This document shows positions 29,291 through 37,966 of a DNA stretch of 64,000 nt, piece after piece. Made by a program: the position numbers and the translations under genes. The notes beneath the pieces are model-generated. The model worked only from the letters and a program-made list of their open reading frames with translations, searched no databases and was not told the origin of the DNA. Source of the stretch: Bacilli bacterium (GTDB lineage: Bacteria > Bacillota_I > Bacilli_A > ML615J-28 > CAG-698). Positions within the stretch are counted from its first letter, which is position 1, and each line of letters begins with the position of its first letter. The DNA is taken from positions 1,294-65,293 of the forward strand of contig CAKJYW010000021.1 in the NCBI GenBank assembly GCA_918272565.1, in the 5' to 3' direction.

Positions 29291-29328
29291 AGATTTAAAC
29301 AAAAGAGACGTTTAAATCTTTTTATTTT
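29291..29328 (+). terminator. rho-independent terminator
   Basis: 10-bp stem AGATTTAAAC / GTTTAAATCT, 9-nt loop, then TTTTATTTT. Confidence 0.75.
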
Positions 29329-29408
29329 GAAAAAAAAGTAAATTGCTTTTAGGCGTTCTCTTTGTGTGCTATAATTAGTTGTGTGAGAAATAATTAGGGG
29401 TAGTATAT

Positions 29409-30758
29409 ATGATTAAATTATACAATTCATTAACTAACAAAATTGAAGAATTTAAACCAATTAAAGAAAATGAAGTATCAATGTATGTTTGTGGACCAAC
29501 AGTTTATTCAAACATTCATATTGGTAATTCTCGTCCTGTAGTGTTCTTTGATACAGTGGCTAGATTCTTTGAATATATGGGATATAAGGTAACTTATGTT
29601 TCTAATTTCACTGATATCGATGATAAGATCATCAAAAGAGCTAAAGAAGAGGGCATTACAGAAAAAGAAGTAAGTGAGAAATATATCGCTTCAATTAGCG
29701 CAACATACAGAAGACTTAATTGTCTTCCTCATTATAAAAACCCTAAGGTAACCGAAACTATGGACCAAATAATCGATTTTATTGATGATTTGGTTAAAAA
29801 AGGTGGAGCGTACATTGTTGATAATGATGTTTATTTTGATGTTAGTAAAATAAGCGAATATGGTGTTTTAAGTGGGCAAACAGTTGAAAATTTAATCAAT
29901 GGGGCGCGCATTGATACAAACGATAAAAAGAAAAATCCAATTGATTTCACTTTATGGAAAGAAACAGAAGAAGGAATCAAATGGGATTCACCATTTGGTA
30001 AAGGGCGCCCTGGATGGCACACTGAGTGTGTTGTTATGATTCATTCGATTTTTAAGGGTATGATTGACATCCATGGTGGTGGACTTGACCTTAAGTTCCC
30101 TCATCACGATAATGAGATTGCTCAAAGTTTGTGCATGTATAATAACAAGATAGCAAATTATTGGATGCACAATGGTAGAATCGACATGGGTGGAGAAAAG
30201 ATGAGTAAATCAACTGGTAATTTGATTTGGGCAAATGACTTGCTTGATAGAATTAGTTACCAAGTATTTCGTCTAATCATCTTAAATGTTCCTTATCGTC
30301 AACCACTTAATTACAAAGAAGAACTAATCGCTCAAGCTACAAACGACTTCGAAAAGATTAGAAGAGCATATGTTTCTTTATATCGTGATTTAGAATTAAA
30401 TTATGAAATTAAGAAAGTTGAAATTAAGGCTAGCGACCTAGTTAATATCAAAAATGAGTTTATTGAAGCAATGAGTAACGACTTTAATACAGCTAATGCG
30501 ATTACATCAATCTTTAATCTAGTTAAATTGATTAATAATTATATTAGAAATAAAGAAACTAGTTATGAAGTTAAAGAAGAAGCATTAGAATTATTAAAAG
30601 AATTATTATGGGTTTTAGGAATTGAAGTTGAAGTAAGTCCTTTAACTAAAGAAGAAAAAGAACTTGTTATTAAGTGGGCTGATGCAAGAGGCAATAAAGA
30701 TTTCGAACTTGCTGATAGCCTAAGAAAAGAAATAACTGAAAGAAATATCGTCTTATAA
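29409..30758 (+). CDS. cysS: cysteine--tRNA ligase
   Basis: 'MYVCGPTVYSNIHIGN', 'GRPGWHTEC', 'HGGGLDLKFPHHDNE', 'KMSKSTGN'. Confidence 0.93.
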   Translation: MIKLYNSLTNKIEEFKPIKENEVSMYVCGPTVYSNIHIGNSRPVVFFDTVARFFEYMGYKVTYVSNFTDIDDKIIKRAKEEGITEKEVSEKYIASISATYRRLNCLPHYKNPKVTETMDQIIDFIDDLVKKGGAYIVDNDVYFDVSKISEYGVLSGQTVENLINGARIDTNDKKKNPIDFTLWKETEEGIKWDSPFGKGRPGWHTECVVMIHSIFKGMIDIHGGGLDLKFPHHDNEIAQSLCMYNNKIANYWMHNGRIDMGGEKMSKSTGNLIWANDLLDRISYQVFRLIILNVPYRQPLNYKEELIAQATNDFEKIRRAYVSLYRDLELNYEIKKVEIKASDLVNIKNEFIEAMSNDFNTANAITSIFNLVKLINNYIRNKETSYEVKEEALELLKELLWVLGIEVEVSPLTKEEKELVIKWADARGNKDFELADSLRKEITERNIVL

Positions 30759-31150
30759 TGAAAGTTGAATTACTAAATGGCGCTAATTTAGCTTTTATTG
30801 GGGATGCTTATTATGAACTTAGGATTAGGCTTTATCTAGTTAATAAAGGCATAACTAATCAAAATGAGCTCCACAAGAAGTGCGTAGAATATGTTAGTGC
30901 CAAAGCTCACGCTAAAATCGTTAATAAAATGATTAATGAATCATTTTTAACATTAGAGGAAGCGGATATTTATAAGAGGGGAAGAAACCATTCTTATAAT
31001 TTATCAAGAAAAAACCTAAACTATAATGATTATATTTGTAGCAGTGGGCTAGAAGCAGTGGTCGGTTATTTGTATTTAAAGGAAGAAAAAGAAAGATTAG
31101 ATGAAGTGATAAGCTTTGCAATAAAAGTTGTTGAGGAAAAAGATGAGTAG
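30758..31150 (+). CDS. mrnC: Mini-ribonuclease 3
   Basis: 'LAFIGDAYYEL.IR', 130 aa. It lies between cysS and rlmB as in Bacillus. The start overlaps the cysS stop (TAATG). Confidence 0.85.
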   Translation: MKVELLNGANLAFIGDAYYELRIRLYLVNKGITNQNELHKKCVEYVSAKAHAKIVNKMINESFLTLEEADIYKRGRNHSYNLSRKNLNYNDYICSSGLEAVVGYLYLKEEKERLDEVISFAIKVVEEKDE

Positions 31151-31847
31151 ATTAATTGTTGGGAAAAACGCTGTTAGAGAAATTCTATCAAGTGGAGAAC
31201 CAGAAAAAGTGTATTTACAAAGCTCAAATAAGGAACTTTTAGATATTGCTAAAAGGAAAGGTGTAAAAGTCGAAATAGTTAATAAAGAAAAACTTGATTC
31301 ATTAACTAAAGAAAACCATCAAGGAGCAGTTGCTATAGCTCCTGACTTTAAGTATTATCAACTAAATGAACTTGTTAGTGATGAAAATACCTCACTAATA
31401 GTAATACTTGATGGATTAAAAGACCCACACAATTTGGGAGCTATTTTAAGAACTTGCGAAGCTACTAATGTCGATGGTGTTATAATCCCTAAAAATAGGA
31501 GTGTTCGTCTTAGTGATACTGTTAGTAAAACTTCAACTGGTGCTATGGAACTAGTGAAGGTAAGTGAAGTTACTAATCTTAGCCAAACAATCGATTATCT
31601 AAAAAAGAATGGGTACTGGATTGTTGGGGCTGAGCATGAAGATAAAAGCACTAATTATTGGGATTTAGATTACAACATGAAAATAGCTTTGGTAATTGGA
31701 TCAGAAGGAGAAGGAATATCTCGCCTTGTTAAAGAAAACTGCGACTTTTTAGTTGATATTCCAATGATGGGTAAGATTAATTCCTTGAATGCTTCTGTTT
31801 CAACTGCTTTAATAATTTATGAAATAAGAAGGAAACAAAGAAAATAG
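31143..31847 (+). CDS. rlmB: 23S rRNA (guanosine-2'-O)-methyltransferase, SpoU/TrmH family (RlmB/YacO-like)
   Basis: 'GKNAVREIL', 'HQGAVA', 'LDGLKDPHNLGAILRT', 'GSEGEGISRL', 'SLNASV'. ATG 31143 sits 5 nt after GAGGA. Confidence 0.85.
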   Translation: MSRLIVGKNAVREILSSGEPEKVYLQSSNKELLDIAKRKGVKVEIVNKEKLDSLTKENHQGAVAIAPDFKYYQLNELVSDENTSLIVILDGLKDPHNLGAILRTCEATNVDGVIIPKNRSVRLSDTVSKTSTGAMELVKVSEVTNLSQTIDYLKKNGYWIVGAEHEDKSTNYWDLDYNMKIALVIGSEGEGISRLVKENCDFLVDIPMMGKINSLNASVSTALIIYEIRRKQRK

Positions 31848-31866
31848 GAGAAAATAGTTAAATATA

Positions 31867-32418
31867 ATGATTAAGTATCAGATTAATGATAATGAATTGT
31901 TATATTTGATCTATGAAATGAATGATTACGCTTTTGAACTTCTTTGCTTGAAGTATTCGCCAATGATCAAAAGAAGAGTTAAAGATAGTAGGGTTAGTAC
32001 TAGACACTTTGATGATTTCTATCAAGAAGGAATCATCACATTGGGTGTTGCGGTAAAAAGATATAAAACTACTATGAATAAAAGCTTTAACAAATTCTTT
32101 GATTTATTACTTCAAAGAAGATTTATTAATTTAAAGAAACACATAAACAAGTTTGATTTCAATGTCGTTTTAATAGATGATAGTGAATATTTGTCTTTGT
32201 GTGAAGAAGAAGAGCAAATAAAAGACATAAATATTGATACAAGTATTTTGAGCGGTTTAGAAAAAGAGGCTTTCACTTTGATTTATTTAATGAATTATAA
32301 AGTGAAGGATGTATCTTCCAAGCTAAAAGTTGATGCTAGAAGCGTTTATAATGCTCTAGCTAGAGCAAGGCTAAAAATGAAGAAAATCAACGATCAAACT
32401 AAAACAATTAAGCCTTAA
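31867..32418 (+). CDS. sigH: small sigma-70 family sigma factor in the SigH position
   Basis: Region 2-like 'DDFYQEGIITLGVAVKRY'. Region 4 HTH 'LSGLEKEAFTLIYLMNYKVKDVSSKLKVDARSVYNALARARLKMKK'. Synteny is rlmB-[sigH]-rpmG-secE-nusG. Symbol assigned by synteny only. Confidence 0.55.
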   Translation: MIKYQINDNELLYLIYEMNDYAFELLCLKYSPMIKRRVKDSRVSTRHFDDFYQEGIITLGVAVKRYKTTMNKSFNKFFDLLLQRRFINLKKHINKFDFNVVLIDDSEYLSLCEEEEQIKDINIDTSILSGLEKEAFTLIYLMNYKVKDVSSKLKVDARSVYNALARARLKMKKINDQTKTIKP

Positions 32419-32426
32419 AAGAAATC

Positions 32427-32455
32427 TTGACATTTTTGTGTTTTTTTGGTAAAAT
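32427..32455 (+). promoter_or_regulatory. sigma-A type promoter of rpmG-secE-nusG
   Basis: TTGACA (32427-32432), 17-nt spacer, TGG-TAAAAT extended -10 (32447-32455). Confidence 0.65.
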
Positions 32456-32480
32456 ATTGTAGACAATTTATGGGTGGATT

Positions 32481-32630
32481 ATGAGAGAAAAAGTAATATT
32501 AGTTTGTGAAGAATGTCTATCTAGAAACTACACAGTTGATAAGAACAAACTTTCCAATCCTAACAGAATGGTAATTAAAAAATTTTGTAAGAAGTGCAAT
32601 AAACATACTGTGCACAAGGAAACAAAATAG
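32481..32630 (+). CDS. rpmG: 50S ribosomal protein L33 (Zn-ribbon, C+ form)
   Basis: Not in the ORF track because it is only 49 aa. Hand translation: [49 protein letters not shown]. It has CxxC...CxxC and sits upstream of secE. Confidence 0.9.
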   Translation: MREKVILVCEECLSRNYTVDKNKLSNPNRMVIKKFCKKCNKHTVHKETK

Positions 32631-32644
32631 GGAGGAATTTTAAA

Positions 32645-33088
32645 ATGGCAGAAAAAGTTGAAAAGAAGAAGGAAAATAGAATTTTATCTATTTTTACAAA
32701 AGAATATAAATACGAAGGATTAATCTTATTGTTTCTTGCAATAATCTCAATCGTTTTAGGTGTTTTAGTTTTACAAGGTATTACATCTGAAGGTAGCGAA
32801 GGATTAGTAATCAATGAAAATGTATTCTTAATTGGTGACTATCCACAAGCATTTGCTTGGGTACTAATCGTACTTGGCGCTGTTTCATTTATCTTAGCAG
32901 TTTGGCCTTTCTACAAACCTTCTATTTCAGAAGCAAAGAGAATCACATGGCCTACTCGTGGTGACTTATTAAAGAACACTGCAATCGTATTTGCATTCAT
33001 TCTTATTATGTCTTTATTCTTCATTTTCTCAGACTGGGTATTTGGATACGTAGTTAAATTATTCAACTGGCTTGGATCTAAGTTCTAA
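32645..33088 (+). CDS. secE: preprotein translocase subunit SecE, long three-TM form
   Basis: The C-terminal ~55 aa 'EAKRITWPTRGDLLKNTAIVFAFILIMSLFFIFSDWVFGYVV' match the SecE core. The N-terminal ~90 aa add two more hydrophobic helices. Confidence 0.8.
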   Translation: MAEKVEKKKENRILSIFTKEYKYEGLILLFLAIISIVLGVLVLQGITSEGSEGLVINENVFLIGDYPQAFAWVLIVLGAVSFILAVWPFYKPSISEAKRITWPTRGDLLKNTAIVFAFILIMSLFFIFSDWVFGYVVKLFNWLGSKF

Positions 33089-33102
33089 TTTGGAGCAAAA
33101 AA

Positions 33103-33645
33103 ATGGAAGAAAGAGAAAGACAATGGTACATTATTCAAACCTATAGTGGGATGGAAAGTGCCGCAAAACGAAACTTAGAAAGAAGAATCGTGTCAATGAA
33201 CATGACTGATTTGATTTTCGATGTTTTGGTGCCAGAAGTTGTTACTAAAGAAAAAAAGAAGAATGGAGAGATTAAAGAAATCGTTACTCGCCCATTCTCT
33301 GGTTACATGTTTGTAAATATGATTATGACTGATGACACATGGTTTGTGGTACGTAATACTCCAATGGTTGCGGGTCTACTTGGCTCTAGCGGTGGTGGAG
33401 TAAAACCTGTTCCTATGCCAGAAGAGGAAATACAACCAATCTTAAAGATGTGTGGTATTTCGACTGAGAAAGTATTTGAAGGACATGTTGGTGACAAAGT
33501 TAAAATCATCAATGGTTCATTTACTGGCCTAGATGGCATAATCGATGTAATTGATACACAAAGAGGCATTGTCAAAGTTCTCATTGAGGGGTTTGGTGGA
33601 TCTGCCTCTGTAGAACTTCAATTTGAAGAAGTTACCTTGATTTAA
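33103..33645 (+). CDS. nusG: transcription termination/antitermination factor NusG
   Basis: 'WYIIQTYSGMES', 'PGYMFVNM', KOW 'GDKVKIINGSFTGLDGII'. Confidence 0.93.
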   Translation: MEERERQWYIIQTYSGMESAAKRNLERRIVSMNMTDLIFDVLVPEVVTKEKKKNGEIKEIVTRPFSGYMFVNMIMTDDTWFVVRNTPMVAGLLGSSGGGVKPVPMPEEEIQPILKMCGISTEKVFEGHVGDKVKIINGSFTGLDGIIDVIDTQRGIVKVLIEGFGGSASVELQFEEVTLI

Positions 33646-33649
33646 AAAT

Positions 33650-33673
33650 AGCCTTCTAGCGAGGGCTTTTTTT
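33650..33673 (+). terminator. rho-independent terminator after nusG
   Basis: Stem AGCCTTC / GAGGGCT (one G-U pair), 4-nt loop, then a T7 run. Confidence 0.7.
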
Positions 33674-33691
33674 GTATTTTAGGAGGAGAAA

Positions 33692-35449
33692 ATGGCTGAT
33701 TACAAAAGAGTTATTCACAAAATTGACAATTTAGTAAATAAGAATAAGATTAATGCTTTTAGCTCTATCGTTTTTGACAAGAACACTACGCTTTTTTCTC
33801 ATTCTAGTGGAATAGCAGAAAAGAATTTCAAAAAGGGATTTGATCATCGCTATACTAACCTTGATACTAAATTCCAAATTGGTACATTTGTTAAACTACT
33901 TACTGCTATAGCAATTATGCAATTGCATGATAAAGGTAAGATCTCTTTATTTGAAGATATCAAAAAATATTATCCTGATTTCTCAATTAAGAGCCGTTTT
34001 CCAGGATCTGAAATCACAGTTAGAGATGTTTTAAACAATCGTTCAGGTATTCCTTCAATTAATTACAGCATGTATTTAAAAGAGGAAACTAATGATTATC
34101 ATGAAGTAATTAACTATCTAAAAGATCAATACCTAATTTGCCCTCCACAATCAATGGAAGCAGTAAGTGATTTAGGTTACACTTTACTTGGAGTGATTGT
34201 TGAAAGAATATCAGGGATGAACTATGTTGATTACTTAAAAGAAAATATCTTTAAGCCAATGGAAATCGATGCTAAGTTAATCTTGAACGAAGATGATTAC
34301 AATAATTATCGTAGTGAACTTGATATAAGTTATGATGGAGTTGGTCAAGAAGTTGTTGAACCAATTAAAGCACTCCTTCCTGCAAGAATCAATTTAGCAA
34401 TTAGTTGTAATGATTTAGCTAAAATCGGTAAAATGTTCTTAAATGATGGTTTCTATAATGATATAGAAATCTTAAAGAAAGATTCAGTTGATAGCATGCT
34501 TGAAGAATCATTCTTCAAGGGTGAGCTTGATGGAATCACTAAATCAGGAATCGGCTTTAGCTTCTCACAAAAATACAAAAATTCATTAGGAAAAGTAATC
34601 TTAGCTAATGGAGAGAATCTTTATAATCAAGTAAGCTTGATTATTGATAAAGTTAGAGGCGTTGCGGGGGTAGTTGTAGCTGATATCTACCAAGGAATAG
34701 AAGTTGTTGAAGACATCTGCGCTACACTTTTAGAAGTTGCTACAGGCGTTAGTTGCAAGATTGAAACAACAAACGGCAAGATGAGCTATTTACAATGCCG
34801 TGTTGAAGATTACGCTGGTGTATACCCATCATCAAGCAGCCAAGCATATATTTATCTAGACAGATTCTTTGCCTTAGAATATAAAGATATCGTATATAAG
34901 ATGCGCTTAAGACAAGATGGATTCTTCGAATTGAGCCAAGTTAGCGGATTATTTAAAAAGAAAGATAAGAAGCTTGCTTTTATTGATGAAAAAGGATTAC
35001 TTTCAATCCTAACAACAAAAGTAGACGGAAGGTTTGATGTTGAACAAATTGGTTACCCAACAAGGGTCCAAGAAGTTTCATCAAACTGGAAGAAAGCATT
35101 AGGTACTTATAAATTAAATAACCCTAATTATAACAATCCATTTATTTATGATAAGATGAAATTAACAATTGAAGATGGACTTCTTGTAATGATTCTTTAT
35201 CGTAATTTCAAGAAACGTACTATAACACTAGGCATTATCAATTCTAAAGAAGCGATTGCTTTAGGTTATGGACGTAACAGTAATGATACAGTCATTTTAA
35301 ACTTATCAAACATTAGATATGCGGGAATGAATTTCTTCAAAGTAAAAGAATCTTCTTTGAACAAAGTAAAAGAGAAGAAAGTAAATGAAGAAAAAATAAG
35401 AAAGAGAGAGCATAAGAAAAAGATTAAAAAAATGTTTGACTATAAGTAG
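33692..35449 (+). CDS. beta-lactamase/transpeptidase-fold (PF00144-like) protein with substituted catalytic motifs, no signal peptide
   Basis: 'FQIGTFVKLLTAIAIMQLHDKGKISL' aligns to the 'IGSxxKxFTA' SxxK motif with Thr in place of Ser. 'VSDLGYTLLGVIVE' aligns to 'YSNxGYxLLG' with Y->V and N->D. 'KSG' is retained. Lys-rich C-terminal tail. Confidence 0.65.
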   Translation: MADYKRVIHKIDNLVNKNKINAFSSIVFDKNTTLFSHSSGIAEKNFKKGFDHRYTNLDTKFQIGTFVKLLTAIAIMQLHDKGKISLFEDIKKYYPDFSIKSRFPGSEITVRDVLNNRSGIPSINYSMYLKEETNDYHEVINYLKDQYLICPPQSMEAVSDLGYTLLGVIVERISGMNYVDYLKENIFKPMEIDAKLILNEDDYNNYRSELDISYDGVGQEVVEPIKALLPARINLAISCNDLAKIGKMFLNDGFYNDIEILKKDSVDSMLEESFFKGELDGITKSGIGFSFSQKYKNSLGKVILANGENLYNQVSLIIDKVRGVAGVVVADIYQGIEVVEDICATLLEVATGVSCKIETTNGKMSYLQCRVEDYAGVYPSSSSQAYIYLDRFFALEYKDIVYKMRLRQDGFFELSQVSGLFKKKDKKLAFIDEKGLLSILTTKVDGRFDVEQIGYPTRVQEVSSNWKKALGTYKLNNPNYNNPFIYDKMKLTIEDGLLVMILYRNFKKRTITLGIINSKEAIALGYGRNSNDTVILNLSNIRYAGMNFFKVKESSLNKVKEKKVNEEKIRKREHKKKIKKMFDYK

Positions 35450-35464
35450 AAAATGTAGTATAAT
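35436..35464 (+). promoter_or_regulatory. sigma-A type promoter of rplK-rplA, embedded in the 3' end of the upstream CDS
   Basis: TTGACT (35436-35441), 17-nt spacer, TATAAT (35459-35464). Confidence 0.65.
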
Positions 35465-35580
35465 AACAAGGTGCGTGTTAATCGCATTACTATTTTATTT
35501 CTTTTAAAAAACGTGGAAGAGAAACATCAAAAAGATGCTTTCTCATTGACCACACTACGGACAAAAAGGAGGTGTGTCTC

Positions 35581-36009
35581 GTGGCACAGAAAAAAGTTTC
35601 GAAAGTCATTAAATTGCAACTTAATGCAGGAAAAGCTACACCAGCTCCACCAGTAGGACCTGTTTTATCTCCAACTGGTATTAACACTCAACAATTTTGT
35701 CTTCAATTCAATGAAAAGACTAAAGATATGGTTGGGTATAAGATTCCTGTAATTGTTACAGTTTATGAAGATCGTTCATTTTCTTTCATAACAAAGACTC
35801 CACCAGCTAGTGATCTATTAAAGAAGGCAGCTGGAATTGAAAGTGGTTCTTCAACTCCTAACAAAGTTAAAGTAGCTACAATCTCTAAAGAAAAAGTTAG
35901 AGAAATCGCTCAAACTAAGTTAGCCGATCTTACTGCTTACGATGTTGAAGCAGGTATGAAGATTATTGAAGGAACTGCAAGAAATATGGGAATTGTTGTT
36001 GAAAAGTAA
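35581..36009 (+). CDS. rplK: 50S ribosomal protein L11
   Basis: GTG start 8 nt after AAGGAGG (35566-35572) gives (M)[26 protein letters not shown], the canonical L11 N-terminus. Length 142 aa. Confidence 0.93.
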   Translation: MAQKKVSKVIKLQLNAGKATPAPPVGPVLSPTGINTQQFCLQFNEKTKDMVGYKIPVIVTVYEDRSFSFITKTPPASDLLKKAAGIESGSSTPNKVKVATISKEKVREIAQTKLADLTAYDVEAGMKIIEGTARNMGIVVEK

Positions 36010-36102
36010 ATCTAACAACGAAGATTTATCCCAAGAAGTTGTTAATCACAACTTAAACTTGTGGGAGGAATTTCCGTTTGACCACATTTAAGGAGGTAAA
36101 AA

Positions 36103-36797
36103 ATGGCTAAAAGAAGTCGCAAATATTCAGAGGCTGCTAAGCTTGTTGATAAGGCAAAGCGTTACAGTCTTGAAGAAGCAGTAGAATTAGCTAAAAAAAC
36201 AAGTATTACTAAATTTGATGCTACAGTAGAAGTTAGTTTTAGAATGAATTTGGATTCTCGTAAAGCTGAACAAAACTTACGTGGAGCAATCGTTCTACCT
36301 TATGGATCTGGTAAATCTCGTTCTGTATTAGTATTATCTAAGCTTCCTGATAAGCAAAAAGAAGCTACAGCAGCTGGCGCTGACTATGTTGGAGTGTTGA
36401 ATACATTGAAAAGATTAAAGGCGGATGGTTCGAATTCGAAATCATCGTTGCTACACCTGATATGATGGGTGAATTAGGTAAGTTAGGTAAGATCTTAGGA
36501 CCTAAAGGATTAATGCCAAATGCTAAGACTGGTACTGTAACAACTGACATCGAAAAAGCAGTTAAAGAAATTAAAGCTGGTAAGGTTGAATACCGTGTTG
36601 ATAAGACTGGTAATATTCAAGTTATCGTTGGTAAAGCAAGTTTCGAAAACGAAAAGCTTGTTGAAAACGTTAAGACTGTTTACAACCTATTACTTAAATT
36701 GAAACCTGCAACTGTTAAAGGTGTTTATGTAAAGAACATAGCTATTACTACTACAATGGGACCTGGTATCAAGATCGCTCCAGAGACTATTGCTTAA
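36103..36797 (+). pseudogene. rplA: 50S ribosomal protein L1 gene disrupted by a frameshift near 36391-36396
   Basis: Frame 1 (36103..36465) is L1-like up to 'AAGADYVG'. The -1 frame, open from 36384, continues '[43 protein letters not shown]...' to 36797. Together they make one normal-length L1. Confidence 0.85.
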
Positions 36798-36880
36798 TAA
36801 TTAAATAAAAAGATCTTAAATAAAGAAATAAAATTAAAATAAGAAAATAATTCAATAATAAAATAGTATATATGATTAAT

Positions 36881-36986
36881 CGCCGAAGACAGTAGGTGCG
36901 AATGAGTCGCTTAATTTCCTACCGAGGGTTTTAACCAAAAGATTAGCCTCTTTTCGTCTTCGACCTAAAGAGGTTTGTTTATTTTT
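36881..36986 (+). promoter_or_regulatory. rplJ (L10) leader with attenuator-like terminator hairpin
   Basis: Long-range stem CGAAGAC (36884-90) / GTCTTCG (36956-62) encloses GTAGG (36892-96) / CCTAC (36918-22). Stem CCTCTTT (36947-53) / AAAGAGG (36967-73) is followed by TTTGTTTATTTTTT just before the rplJ SD. Confidence 0.55.
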
Positions 36987-37002
36987 TCTAGGAGGTGAAA
37001 AA

Positions 37003-37494
37003 ATGAAAGAAGCAACAATTAATGCAAAAGTTGAGAAGACTCAAGAAATCGTTAATAAGTTCCAAGAATCTAAATCAGTTGTATTTGTTGATTATCTAGG
37101 CTTAACAGTTGCCGAAGTTAGTGATTTGAGAACTCGTCTTCATAATGAAGGTTGTGAAATGAAAGTTGTTAAGAACAATATTCTTCGTCGTGCAGCTAAG
37201 GAAGTTGGATATGAGGGACTAGATGAATTCCTAGTTGGTCCAAGTGCTGTTGCTTTCTCTAAGGATGCTACAAATGCATCTAAGATTATGTTCAATTTTG
37301 CCAAAGAAAACGAAACTTTAAAGATTAAAGCGGGTGTTGTTGATGGCAAATATGTTAATGCAAAAGATTTGAAAGTTTTGGCTTCATTACCAGACAAGAA
37401 TGGTATGATTGCTATGTTACTAAGTGTTCTACAAGCTCCAATCCGCAACCTTGCTTGCGCTGTTAAAGCTGTAGCTGAAAAACAAGAAAATTAA
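37003..37494 (+). CDS. rplJ: 50S ribosomal protein L10
   Basis: '[21 protein letters not shown]', position between rplA and rplL. Length 163 aa. Confidence 0.93.
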   Translation: MKEATINAKVEKTQEIVNKFQESKSVVFVDYLGLTVAEVSDLRTRLHNEGCEMKVVKNNILRRAAKEVGYEGLDEFLVGPSAVAFSKDATNASKIMFNFAKENETLKIKAGVVDGKYVNAKDLKVLASLPDKNGMIAMLLSVLQAPIRNLACAVKAVAEKQEN

Positions 37495-37517
37495 TTTTTA
37501 GGAGGAAAAAGAAAATT

Positions 37518-37889
37518 ATGGCTAAAATTGATGTTCAACAATTTATTAGTGATTTAAAAGAAATGTCTGTATTAGAATTAAACGAGTTAGTTAAAGCAAT
37601 AGAAGAAGAATTTGGTGTTACTGCTGCCGCTATGGTTGCTGCAGGACCTGCTCAAGCTGAAGCTGCTGACGAAGGACCAAGCGCTGTTAACGTAATCTTA
37701 GCATCATTTGGTGCAAACAAAGTTGCAGTTATCAAAGTTGTTAAAGAATTAACTGGTTTATCATTAGTTGAAGCTAAAGCATTAGTTGATGGCGCACCTA
37801 AGGCTGTTAAAGAAGGCGTTGCTGTTGATGAAGCAAATGCTATTAAGGCTAAGTTAGAAGAAGCTGGCGCAACTGTTGAATTAAAATAG
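37518..37889 (+). CDS. rplL: 50S ribosomal protein L7/L12
   Basis: '[19 protein letters not shown]', Ala-rich hinge, '[33 protein letters not shown]...[16 protein letters not shown]'. Confidence 0.95.
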   Translation: MAKIDVQQFISDLKEMSVLELNELVKAIEEEFGVTAAAMVAAGPAQAEAADEGPSAVNVILASFGANKVAVIKVVKELTGLSLVEAKALVDGAPKAVKEGVAVDEANAIKAKLEEAGATVELK

Positions 37890-37898
37890 TTGACCGAT

Positions 37899-37927
37899 AA
37901 AAGACCTGTTTATTCAGGTCTTTCTTT
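37899..37927 (+). terminator. rho-independent terminator after rplL
   Basis: 8-bp stem AAGACCTG / CAGGTCTT, 6-nt loop, then TTTCTTT. Confidence 0.7.
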
Positions 37928-37966
37928 CGCTTTTTAAAGTGAAGTAGAATATAGAAAAGGTGAATT

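Noticed and set aside
29249-29408. T-box or other riboswitch leader upstream of cysS (and of metG).
   Set aside because: After the degV terminator and the TG-n-TATAAT -10 element (29367-29375), only ~30 nt remain before the cysS start. That is too short for a T-box. metG starts within about 20 nt of the pfkA stop.
35471-35687. ORFs 35471..35656 (+) and 35490..35687 (-) upstream of and overlapping rplK.
   Set aside because: They fall in the rplK leader and N-terminus. There are no SDs and the translations are not protein-like. The L11 frame, with its AAGGAGG-GTG start, explains the region.
36384-36465. Programmed -1 ribosomal frameshifting in rplA.
   Set aside because: There is no slippery heptamer at the junction inferred from homology (GTT GGA GTG TTG), and I could find no downstream hairpin or pseudoknot. 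A 1-nt deletion or a sequencing error is the simpler explanation, but I kept it as a finding to be checked.
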